The notes beneath the pieces are model-generated. The model had not been told where the DNA came from, did not search any database, and saw nothing but the letters and a program-made list of their open reading frames with translations. A stretch of DNA of 51,291 bases from a virus (lineage: Duplodnaviria > Caudoviricetes): IMG/VR virus record IMGVR_UViG_3300033388_003186, positions 1-51,291 of that record. One strand, written 5' to 3'. Shown here in pieces: positions 18,074 to 25,899 of this stretch (its first letter is position 1; each line of letters begins with the position of its first letter). A program made the position numbers and the translations under genes.

Positions 18074-18168
18074 ATCTTTCCCCTTTGGTTCTGGTTTAGT
18101 ACAGGCAGCCGTGAACATTCTCGACTGACGATCTCTATACCGCTTGGCTCCAGGGCTTTGGATTCTCA

Positions 18169-18366
18169 CTATTCCCCCCAATCCAAGTATCCGCCGTTTT
18201 CCTGCTCTTCGAATTCATCCTCGTCCAACTCGGCGTCTTCGTTATATCCTTCCTTCTCGCCGGAAGCTGTAAAGTCTGCGCCGCATTGACGGCATCTCAT
18301 GTAAGTTGATTTTCCAAGAGTCCCGAGTTCTTCGCCCTGGCCCCCGCACATCGGACAGTCTTCCAT
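18169..18366 (-). CDS. Zinc-ribbon protein with acidic tail
   Basis: CPMC...CRQC; GGGGGA RBS. Confidence 0.6.
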   Translation of the reverse strand: MEDCPMCGGQGEELGTLGKSTYMRCRQCGADFTASGEKEGYNEDAELDEDEFEEQENGGYLDWGE

Positions 18367-18375
18367 AATTCCCCC

Positions 18376-18561
18376 CTAAGCGTAAGTGTTAATATTGATT
18401 CCGATCTTTGCATTACCATTTTGGATTAACGTAGGGCGCTCCGCTCCGGCTCTCGCTTGGACTTTCACCGGCTGTTTCGTCTGCAAAGCTGGCAGCTTTC
18501 GTTTACAGGTCTCCGGCGCAGCAACGCCACCCCACGTTAAGAGTTTCTTAGTCATTGTCAA
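18376..18561 (-). CDS. Hypothetical early protein
   Basis: 61 aa, coupled to neighbours. Confidence 0.45.
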   Translation of the reverse strand: MTMTKKLLTWGGVAAPETCKRKLPALQTKQPVKVQARAGAERPTLIQNGNAKIGININTYA

Positions 18562-18829
18562 CTCCAGTTAAAAAGTGGCTGTTGATAGAGTCGTGAGAGT
18601 CAATGAGATTAACGATCTTCGCTGCCTCGGCGCGGCAGACCTTGGAGAAGTCCAGGTTTGCCTCGGCATCGAATTCATTAAACGGCTGGCAGGCGTTCAG
18701 CACTTCTTTGATCTTGTCGATACTTTTGTCCACCATCTCCGGTAGTCCAACCCCCAATTTACCTTCATCCATTTTTTTTATCTCCCTGTTTAAGTTTTTT
18801 TTAATAATCGCTATCGAAGTTCTCGCCAT
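18548..18829 (-). CDS. Hypothetical early protein
   Basis: 93-aa ORF. Confidence 0.55.
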   Translation of the reverse strand: MARTSIAIIKKNLNREIKKMDEGKLGVGLPEMVDKSIDKIKEVLNACQPFNEFDAEANLDFSKVCRAEAAKIVNLIDSHDSINSHFLTGVDND

Positions 18830-18995
18830 TCATCTCGGCTTCACGCCGCCAATCGGTACCCTCGTGGATCTCTTCGCACTTATCACACAAGTACGGGTAT
18901 CCGGTAGGGCTTGTGCTTCCGCACTTTACGATGACCTCTTTTCCGCTGAAGCCACGCTCTACATAAACTTCCATTTCCTTATTGCATCCAGCCAT
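18801..18995 (-). CDS. Small Cys-containing early protein
   Basis: MAGCNK start after AGGGAG; CG...LCDKC. Confidence 0.55.
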   Translation of the reverse strand: MAGCNKEMEVYVERGFSGKEVIVKCGSTSPTGYPYLCDKCEEIHEGTDWRREAEMNGENFDSDY

Positions 18996-19024
18996 TTTTT
19001 TCTCCCTGTTTAAGTGTCTTTCTA

Positions 19025-19053
19025 AAGATAACATCTTTTTAATCGTTTGTCAA
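19025..19053 (-). promoter_or_regulatory. Class I sigma70 promoter
   Basis: TTGACA-17bp-TATCTT with TG extension. Confidence 0.65.
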
Positions 19054-19084
19054 CCCCTTTCGGGATTATTTTTTTAAAAGCGTC

Positions 19085-19210
19085 TGACCCTGAAGGGATT
19101 CGAACCCTTACGGGAATATTCCTGGTTCCCTTAGCCGTAGGTTGCCAGGCATTCCCTAACCAATAAGCGCACTCGACTCGGCCTTGTCTCAGCTATGGCG
19201 CTCCAGGGCC
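19085..19210 (-). ncRNA. tRNA-like RNA (acceptor stem and T-arm, no canonical anticodon arm), 126 nt
   Basis: GGCCCTG/CAGGGTC-A acceptor stem; AAGGG-TTCGAAT-CCCTT T-arm; internal AGCGC/GCGCT and GGGAAT..CCTGG/CCAGG..ATTCCC stems. Confidence 0.65.
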
Positions 19211-19218
19211 ACAAGTTT

Positions 19219-19425
19219 TTAGACAAACGATTTGACGGGCATACCAGCGGCGATCCGTTTCTTCCTGGGCTGGGTATTAACGGGGTGTCCGCGCAGCGCC
19301 TCTTTTTTGCAGAAGCAACCGTAGCACCGCCTCGCGTCCTTTTGCTCTACCATGCGAGCTTTGATTTTTTTTCCACATCGGCATTCCCTGTCAGATTTCT
19401 GATCGTGCGAATGAGATTTTTTCAT
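19219..19425 (-). CDS. Small basic zinc-binding protein
   Basis: MKKSH start after AAGGAG; CRCG...CYGC. Confidence 0.6.
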   Translation of the reverse strand: MKKSHSHDQKSDRECRCGKKIKARMVEQKDARRCYGCFCKKEALRGHPVNTQPRKKRIAAGMPVKSFV

Positions 19426-19447
19426 AATTTCTCCTTTGTTTTTTTTA

Positions 19448-19572
19448 TTCACTCAGGTATGGCCACGGATTTTCACATGGGACTGCTACCCATGTTCACT
19501 CCTGTACTATCTGAGAAAGGAGTCCAGTAATCAGTGTTTATGACGGGCTTAACCGACAGTGACCTGAGTGAA
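19448..19572 (-). ncRNA. Structured intergenic RNA candidate (multi-branch)
   Basis: 11-bp closing stem ttcactcaggt/acctgagtgaa enclosing acatggg/cccatgt and actcct/aggagt hairpins. Confidence 0.5.
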
Positions 19573-19579
19573 CAAATTG

Positions 19580-19855
19580 TTATTGGCTGCAATGGCCAAA
19601 TTTTTCAGTGTTAAATTCAAGGATAAAGATACCGGCCAGCTTTTCAATTACGATTGCCTGCTCGCCATCTTTAAGCTGGGCAAATTTAAGAAAGGACTCA
19701 AAACTAATTTCAAGAACCTCACATATTCCGGTTGTAAGGTCTCCGTGGCGATTCTCCTGGTTCATTTTGATGACTTCGAGCTTCGCAGTTTCTTTCGTCC
19801 ATGCTTTGAACCTACAAGGTGAACCGTCTGGTTTAGAGCTTATTGTTACTGGCAT
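19580..19855 (-). CDS. Hypothetical early protein
   Basis: 91 aa, AGGGAG RBS; first gene of the leftward early unit. Confidence 0.55.
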   Translation of the reverse strand: MPVTISSKPDGSPCRFKAWTKETAKLEVIKMNQENRHGDLTTGICEVLEISFESFLKFAQLKDGEQAIVIEKLAGIFILEFNTEKFGHCSQ

Positions 19856-19886
19856 TTTTTTATCTCCCTGTTTGAGTGCTAATTAC

Positions 19887-19915
19887 ATCATCTCATAATA
19901 CTATATTTTTGTCAA
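19887..19915 (-). promoter_or_regulatory. Leftward class I promoter (divergent switch)
   Basis: TTGACA-17bp-GATGAT with TG extension and upstream A-tract. Confidence 0.5.
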
Positions 19916-19938
19916 GTAAAAACTTTATTTTTTTTTTA

Positions 19939-19970
19939 GGGTTAACAAAACCTGAGGTTTGTGTTATAAT
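19939..19970 (+). promoter_or_regulatory. Class II phage promoter copy 4 (rightward)
   Basis: gggTTAACA-aaacctgaggtttgtgt-TATAAT; ATG 7 nt downstream. Confidence 0.85.
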
Positions 19971-19976
19971 GAAATT

Positions 19977-20522
19977 ATGACATACAGAAATGATACAGGG
20001 TACCCATCCGTCACCGACGTTCTTAAACCTTTTATAGATACCAGGTGGTTTAAGCCGATCCACTCCACCAGGGGTAATGAGGTCCATAGGGTTGTCGGCT
20101 GCAAGATGGTTAAGTCCTGGGCGAAGCCAATCAATCCGGCCTGGCAGGGATACGTTGACTCTATACTAAGGTGGACCGATGAAAATATCAAGGAAGTCGT
20201 TGAGGGCGAAGTCAGATACCAGGATGACCTTTATAAGTACACCGGAAAACTCGACCTTGTGGCATACCTTATGGACTCAAGGCTCGCGCTCATTGATTTT
20301 AAAACGTCTCTCGCTACGAGTAAAACCTGGAAGCTTCAAACAGGCGGCTATAAATTACTTTTCGAAAAGCATAACCCTGACAAAAAAGTAGATGTAAGAA
20401 TGACTATTAGGGGCAGGGAAGACGGTTCAAAAAATGCTCTGGTTAATGAATATAATGACCATGAGATTGACCAAAATCGCTTCCTATATGCGAATGATCT
20501 TTATCACAATTTAATGCTGTAA
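19977..20522 (+). CDS. PD-(D/E)xK exonuclease
   Basis: YPSVTDVL, RGNEVH, YTGKLDL, IDFKTS, LQTGGY. Confidence 0.85.
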   Translation: MTYRNDTGYPSVTDVLKPFIDTRWFKPIHSTRGNEVHRVVGCKMVKSWAKPINPAWQGYVDSILRWTDENIKEVVEGEVRYQDDLYKYTGKLDLVAYLMDSRLALIDFKTSLATSKTWKLQTGGYKLLFEKHNPDKKVDVRMTIRGREDGSKNALVNEYNDHEIDQNRFLYANDLYHNLML

Positions 20523-20531
20523 AGGGGGAAC

Positions 20532-21317
20532 ATGAGTTTAAATTTAAGTTCAAAAAAGAAAGAACCGAAAGTCGTAGAGCCTGAGTTAGAGGCGGAAGAG
20601 ACGCCCGAGGCTGAGGTCGTCGAAGACAAGGACACCGTATGGATCGATGAAGTGATGGTCCGAAAACAGTCCTTTGACCTGGAGCCTGCAAATCAGATGT
20701 TTGCCAAGATCCATAAGTACGTCGATGAAATGGCGAAGCAGGCCGACGCCCATAAGGTCATTGATAAACCGACCATGGATAAGGCAATAGGCATGGGTAC
20801 CCAGGCAAAGCAGTACATCAATAAGATCGAAAAGACCAGGGTTGAAGTAAAGGCACCCTATCTGACCTTTGGCAAGAAACTGGACGCACTTGCAAAGGGA
20901 GTGGCCAAGCGCCTTGAGGCCATTCAAGAGAGCCTGCGCGAAAAGATCCGGCCCGTTATGATTGCCGAAAAAGCGAAGGAAGAGAAGGCCCTTAAGGCCG
21001 CAGAGGAAGCCAGGAAAGAAGCTGAGAAGGACGTTACCCCAGCCGCCGATCCTGGTTTTGAAAACAAATCAGTACCGGCCCCATTGGCTCCGCCGACTCC
21101 GAGCGCCACTACCGGCGGCCCCGTCCAAACGGCTTCCGGCTCCGCTGGCCTGGTAAAGAAAGTGACCTGGACCGTACAGGATATCACGAAGGTACCGGCT
21201 GAATATCTGACCGTCATCGCTTCCAAGGTCAATAAGGACGCGAAGGCCGGAAAGAAAATACCTGGTATCAAAATTGAAATAACCGATGAAGTTTCCATGA
21301 AAGCAGCAAAATCATAA
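20532..21317 (+). CDS. Gp157-like coiled-coil recombination-operon protein
   Basis: IEKTRVEVKAPYL coiled coil; C-terminal WTVQDITKVPAEYL...IPGIKI. Confidence 0.6.
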   Translation: MSLNLSSKKKEPKVVEPELEAEETPEAEVVEDKDTVWIDEVMVRKQSFDLEPANQMFAKIHKYVDEMAKQADAHKVIDKPTMDKAIGMGTQAKQYINKIEKTRVEVKAPYLTFGKKLDALAKGVAKRLEAIQESLREKIRPVMIAEKAKEEKALKAAEEARKEAEKDVTPAADPGFENKSVPAPLAPPTPSATTGGPVQTASGSAGLVKKVTWTVQDITKVPAEYLTVIASKVNKDAKAGKKIPGIKIEITDEVSMKAAKS

Positions 21318-21327
21318 GGGGGAATAC

Positions 21328-23142
21328 ATGACTGACGAAATTAAAGATATAAAACCAATGACAAAATCTCTGGTCCCAATCGATCCGACCACCGGCCAAC
21401 TTGCGCCGACCGACCTTGAGGGTATGTGGCGTATCGCTTCGATCATGGCAACATCTGAAATGGTCCCGAGCGACTACCGGAAGAAGCCAGAAAAATGTTT
21501 CGTGGCAATGCAACTTGGAATGGAAGTCGGCCTGGGATACATGGCAGCCATCCAGACTATATGTGTCATCAATGGCAAACCGGCCATTTATGGCGACGGC
21601 GTACCGGCTATCGTTCAAGGTCGCGGGAAGTGTAAAAAGTGGGATGAACATTATGAGGTCGGTGAAGAGGCAACGAAACATTATAGAGGCGTTACCGATC
21701 TTAATCAGTGGCCGGACGAATTGACCGCCGTATGTATCCTGGAGCGTGAAGGCTTCGATGAACCCTTTGAGGGTTATTTCAGCGTTGCCGACGCGAAGCG
21801 TATGGGTAAATGGAATAAACCTGAAAGTGGCGGTGGCCTGTCGGTATGGCAGAAATACCCCCTGAGAATGCTCAAAATGAGAGCCAGGGGCTTCGCCACC
21901 AGGGACGGTTTTTCGGATCATCTGAAGGGTATCGGTATCGCTGAAGAGCTTCAGGACATTCCGCCCGAAGTTGTATCCGGCGCAGTCGTCGAAGAGGCTC
22001 CGATCAAAACAGGGCTTGACGCTGTACTGGAGACCGAGGACGGGCAGATAGTTAATGCCGAGTATACTGAGCCGGAAAAGCCGGAAAGTCCTCAGGAAAC
22101 GCCTCTCAGCGACGCACAAGAGGCAATAAAGCACCCTTTGGTAGTGGATCTGGAGTCTAAAAAGTACAGCCCCTACCTTATTGACCAGTTTTGCACATGG
22201 GCGGCTGAAAATAACGACATGGATCTCGTCTCATTAATGAACGAGGCCATGGGGGATCTCATTGGTTTTGAAGCGTCCATGATCGAATACGCCAAGAATC
22301 ATAATCTTGAAGTATCGGACCAGGCCGCCACCCCCTCACCCGAGGAAAGATCATTAACATCTGAAGTGCCGGAAGAGACTGAAACCGCCAAGGAAGCCAA
22401 CGAGCGTGTAGATGCTGCCTTTGAAAAGTCGGCAGAAAAAACGGTCAAGGCCGAGCAAATGTCACTGGAAGATTCCATCGATAAGTCGGCAGAGCTATGC
22501 GAGACCACCGGCAAGGTTTTGGATGACGCCGAGGTACCCGACACTGACCGGCAGCTTGCCACTGAGGACGGCATCGTCAAACAGGAGCCGGTAAAGAAAG
22601 CAGACCTGGACCCCATGGCCGACATTGAAGGCTGGGTCTCGGGGTTCAATGCTCAATACCGCCTACTGCCCAAAACCAAGTTCAGCCACTTCGTTATAGC
22701 CAACGAGGTCAAGTTCAGACAACTGTTTGAATATGCCCCGACCGTCTACGACAAGGCTGTCGATAAGTTCACCCGCTTCTACGGGGATGATCCATGGCCG
22801 GTAGTCCTGGACACCGAGCGTGACCAAACCGAATCTCATGAAGAGGTATCGGAAGCCGACAAGGAAGCCATAGCAGACCTGGCAAGCGACGACGTTACGC
22901 CGGAGCCTGAGACCCACAAGGTTAATGAGGCCGCCAGGTTGTTCAAGGACGAGGAAGGTATCGACCATAGAGAAAAGCTGAAGCGTATGAAACAGCTATG
23001 GCCGGATCAACTCAGCAAGGTCCTGGCCGCTCTCAAAATGGGAAGTGGTGGACTAACAGCCGGAGCGGTTGAAGTGATATCATTCGCGCTGAGAGAGGAA
23101 ATTGCTAAAGACAAACTCCAGCAAGCAAAGGGGAAAAAATAA
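21328..23142 (+). CDS. RecT-like single-strand annealing protein with long acidic C-terminal extension
   Basis: SEMVPSDYRKKPE..FVAMQLGMEVGL..AIQTICVINGKPAIYGD...WQKYPLRMLKMRARGFATRDGFSDHLKG..IAEE. Confidence 0.8.
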   Translation: MTDEIKDIKPMTKSLVPIDPTTGQLAPTDLEGMWRIASIMATSEMVPSDYRKKPEKCFVAMQLGMEVGLGYMAAIQTICVINGKPAIYGDGVPAIVQGRGKCKKWDEHYEVGEEATKHYRGVTDLNQWPDELTAVCILEREGFDEPFEGYFSVADAKRMGKWNKPESGGGLSVWQKYPLRMLKMRARGFATRDGFSDHLKGIGIAEELQDIPPEVVSGAVVEEAPIKTGLDAVLETEDGQIVNAEYTEPEKPESPQETPLSDAQEAIKHPLVVDLESKKYSPYLIDQFCTWAAENNDMDLVSLMNEAMGDLIGFEASMIEYAKNHNLEVSDQAATPSPEERSLTSEVPEETETAKEANERVDAAFEKSAEKTVKAEQMSLEDSIDKSAELCETTGKVLDDAEVPDTDRQLATEDGIVKQEPVKKADLDPMADIEGWVSGFNAQYRLLPKTKFSHFVIANEVKFRQLFEYAPTVYDKAVDKFTRFYGDDPWPVVLDTERDQTESHEEVSEADKEAIADLASDDVTPEPETHKVNEAARLFKDEEGIDHREKLKRMKQLWPDQLSKVLAALKMGSGGLTAGAVEVISFALREEIAKDKLQQAKGKK

Positions 23143-23357
23143 TGGGGAGTGCTAAAAGAGCGGAAGGCGAGTCCTTTGAAGATTACAAGGACCGCCTTAA
23201 GAAAGAGGCAAAGGCCCTGAAGCACCGGCTCAAAGGTCGCTTCTCGTGGATCTCTGCAATCGTGGTACCGGACGCAAAGAAGCTCGGTGCCTTCAAGAAA
23301 TTAAAAGTAAGAGGTACCTATGTTAATACAAAAAAACGTAAAAAGAATAGCGACTGA
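23142..23357 (+). CDS. Small basic protein
   Basis: 71 aa; TAATG coupling. Confidence 0.55.
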   Translation: MGSAKRAEGESFEDYKDRLKKEAKALKHRLKGRFSWISAIVVPDAKKLGAFKKLKVRGTYVNTKKRKKNSD

Positions 23358-23937
23358 TCTCGACGAAACCCTGTTCGATATGATGACGCCGTTCAAGCAG
23401 ATTTTAATGAAGCGTCATAACGCGAGGGTGTTACATGACTCGGGATATAATATAAAGACGTTTCCCGAAACCACTGACGACGATGTATGGGACATTTTTA
23501 AATTCCTTTATGACGCCCATGTTATGTGTGAGCCGTATCCAGGAGCAAAGTCTTATCTTGAAATGATATACAGACTTTCAGGAAGGCCGCCAATCATATT
23601 GACCTCAAGGCCGTTTGAATACGCAACTCAGACGCACGCCCAGGTCAAATCCCTCATTGGCGAATTGCCATATCACCTGATTATATCCGGCACTCCGGCG
23701 GAGAAAAAATACCTATACGCCGACCACTTTGATATTATGGTTGACGACCGGATCGAAACACTCATGCACCTGGCGTCTCACTGTCAGAAGGATTGCATCC
23801 TGATAAAGAAGCCCTGGAATAGGAACGTTGACTATACTGCGGTCTCTGATAGAATAATCGAGGTAGACGGCGTTAGAGAAATAACGCCGTACCTCAGGTT
23901 ATTAATCAGGCCGTTTGATAAGCGATTTAAACTTTAA
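23320..23937 (+). CDS. HAD-family 5'(3')-deoxyribonucleotidase-like protein
   Basis: DLDETL, PYPGA, LTSR, MVDDR, PWN motifs. Confidence 0.8.
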   Translation: MLIQKNVKRIATDLDETLFDMMTPFKQILMKRHNARVLHDSGYNIKTFPETTDDDVWDIFKFLYDAHVMCEPYPGAKSYLEMIYRLSGRPPIILTSRPFEYATQTHAQVKSLIGELPYHLIISGTPAEKKYLYADHFDIMVDDRIETLMHLASHCQKDCILIKKPWNRNVDYTAVSDRIIEVDGVREITPYLRLLIRPFDKRFKL

Positions 23938-23960
23938 ACCCGCCCACCCAGCAGCAGCAG

Positions 23961-23995
23961 AAAAAGGCCAGGCTTGGTAACCTGGCCTTTTTTTT
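23961..23995. terminator. Bidirectional intrinsic terminator
   Basis: aaaaa-ggccagg-cttggtaa-cctggcc-tttttttt between convergent operons. Confidence 0.9.
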
Positions 23996-24368
23996 ATTTC
24001 TTGAACCCAGCCCATGTCCGAATGCCGAACGTCGCAGCAATCATGCCTGTGAGCGCCCAGCGGTACCATTCTGGCGTAGACTCCAGGATCTTAAATCCAT
24101 TCAAGGCGTATTGCTCAAGACCTGGTATGAAACAGAGAATGACAGGAGCGGTCAGTAGTATAACAAGGTATTCGTCCTTCCATGAATACTGCATACCCGT
24201 CTGCGCGGCAAGATCCATATGGCTCTTGGCAGCAACCCTCGCTATCTTTGCGTCAATCTTTGCCTGGGTTATTTTTATAGATCCCTCAGCCTTAACTTTC
24301 CTGGTCTCAAGCCATGATTTTCCGAGTGACCCAATGACCCCCAATAGTGGTGCAATGAAAGGTATCAT
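23994..24368 (-). CDS. Holin (3TM-holin-like)
   Basis: SWKDEY...P..LCFIPG...PEWY...ATFGIR; adjacent to endolysin. Confidence 0.75.
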   Translation of the reverse strand: MIPFIAPLLGVIGSLGKSWLETRKVKAEGSIKITQAKIDAKIARVAAKSHMDLAAQTGMQYSWKDEYLVILLTAPVILCFIPGLEQYALNGFKILESTPEWYRWALTGMIAATFGIRTWAGFKK

Positions 24369-24791
24369 TTATTCCCCCTTCCTCATAAGGTCTGCCAATT
24401 CGTCGGCACGCTTGCCAACCTGGGTAGCCCACCTGGAGTCGAGCATTTCATCGGCTGCCTTATCGTATTCGCCCATCTGAAGGGCTGTTAACATTTTTTG
24501 AAACTTCGACACGCGAGACATTCCCATATTAAAAAGCATATTGATAATGATCCCGCGCCGAACTGTATCGATATCATTAAATCCCCACCGGAGCGCCAGG
24601 AGCGTATAGTCTTTGCTGGCATCGTTATAATCCTGCTCGAATAAAATGTCAGCCACAACCGCCGGTACTCTTGAGCCTTCCAGGAGTGCATGGCCGTAGC
24701 CAACCGTAGGGACGCCAACTGAGTCGAAGTACACTGTCTCTCGGTATCCCTCATGGTGCTTGATCTGTTCCATAATCTCTTTGTCGTTCAT
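24369..24791 (-). CDS. Endolysin, T4-lysozyme-like (GH24)
   Basis: HEGYRETVYFDSVGVPTVGYGH (E-D-T triad); EMLDSRWATQVGKRA. Confidence 0.92.
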   Translation of the reverse strand: MNDKEIMEQIKHHEGYRETVYFDSVGVPTVGYGHALLEGSRVPAVVADILFEQDYNDASKDYTLLALRWGFNDIDTVRRGIIINMLFNMGMSRVSKFQKMLTALQMGEYDKAADEMLDSRWATQVGKRADELADLMRKGE

Positions 24792-24827
24792 AAAACCCCC
24801 TTTGTGGTCCACAAAATAGTTTGTCGT

Positions 24828-25088
24828 TTATTTATGAAGGTCTAATATAATTCGTTGAGTCTCTCTGAACCCATCATCTATTCGTTTCTCAAGCCTGGTC
24901 TGACGTTCATCCTGCTTATCATTTTCCAGCCGGACCTCTTGCTTGGTAGCGTATTCCTTTGGGGCTGCACTTACCTCGGTAAAAATCCATGATCCAAAAA
25001 ATCCGAGAATTGCGATTAGAACCAATAGGGATGATCTCCATATCCAGGTCGGTTTATTCTGGCTAAATTCTTCTTTCAACGTGGTCAT
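24828..25088 (-). CDS. Small membrane protein in lysis cassette
   Basis: One TM segment plus coiled coil. Confidence 0.65.
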   Translation of the reverse strand: MTTLKEEFSQNKPTWIWRSSLLVLIAILGFFGSWIFTEVSAAPKEYATKQEVRLENDKQDERQTRLEKRIDDGFRETQRIILDLHK

Positions 25089-25899
25089 TACCGTTTCCTT
25101 TTATTTATCTTTTTTCTGGTCGTGTATGTTGATTGAGCGTGCTTCAACAACTCAACGTATTCTGGATGAATCCCCTTGCTTTCAAACACTTTTACCCTTG
25201 ACATAGAATGGCTGTATCCATGCGTGTGCCAATGATTGCCTAAATATTCAGCGTCTTCCATCGTCTTCAGATTTGAAAACCATTCTTCTCCAGAAATTAA
25301 TCTTCTGCTTGTTGCAAAACCCGTTACATTTTTAGAGTAGTCATTCGCCTGGTCTCTTGTTAGGAATTGATTCATATCGATGGTTGACCAGCCAACCTCT
25401 ACTGGTGTAGGCCGTATGCTTCCATCTGCAATACAGTCTGGTGCGCTCACCGCAAGCTCTGGATGACGGGCGGTTAACTCACCATGCATTTCAACCCCTG
25501 CGAATATTTCTCCAGTTATCGAGTTCCTGATAGCTGGGATTATTCCTATATTGCAAAAAGAGTCGAACCTGTCTGCGTAAGCCATGAGACCTTCCTGGTC
25601 ATCTCTTCCCGTATCGATAAGCTTACCAATGGCCCACCGCATTCGGTGAGACCCGCTGGCTGCAAGTTTAAGTCCATACTCTTTAGTCAAGATCTTAAAT
25701 GTTAAAACGTGTTCAGGTGGCTCATATACAGGTAAGAATAAACCACGCCCGTCAATATGCCCACCGACCGCTTCCCCTGAAAGCCCAAGATCTATGGCCC
25801 TCAGGGCAAGTATAACGTGAGGCTCTCCCTGGAATAACGTACCGTCGGAGAGCCTCACGGCGGGTATGCAGACATTATGCAGACATGAGGACGCCGCAT
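25088..25899 (-). pseudogene. Repeat-domain protein with 5' frameshift from an 11-bp duplication (or GTG restart at 25858)
   Basis: ATG at 25899 coupled to the tail-fibre stop; removing one ATGTCTGCATA copy gives MRRPHVCIPAVRLSDG in frame with the 256-aa ORF. Confidence 0.6.

Noticed and set aside
19085-19210. Canonical tRNA, tRNA-Sec or tmRNA
   Set aside because: No 7-nt anticodon loop with U33; 126 nt long; no room for a tag reading frame
19465-19536. Hammerhead ribozyme (CTGA...GAAA on the minus strand)
   Set aside because: Core reads CTGATTA rather than CTGANGA, and two hairpins lie between the core strands
19977-20522. Cas4 / CRISPR-associated nuclease
   Set aside because: Lacks the four-Cys Fe-S ligands and sits in a RecT recombination operon
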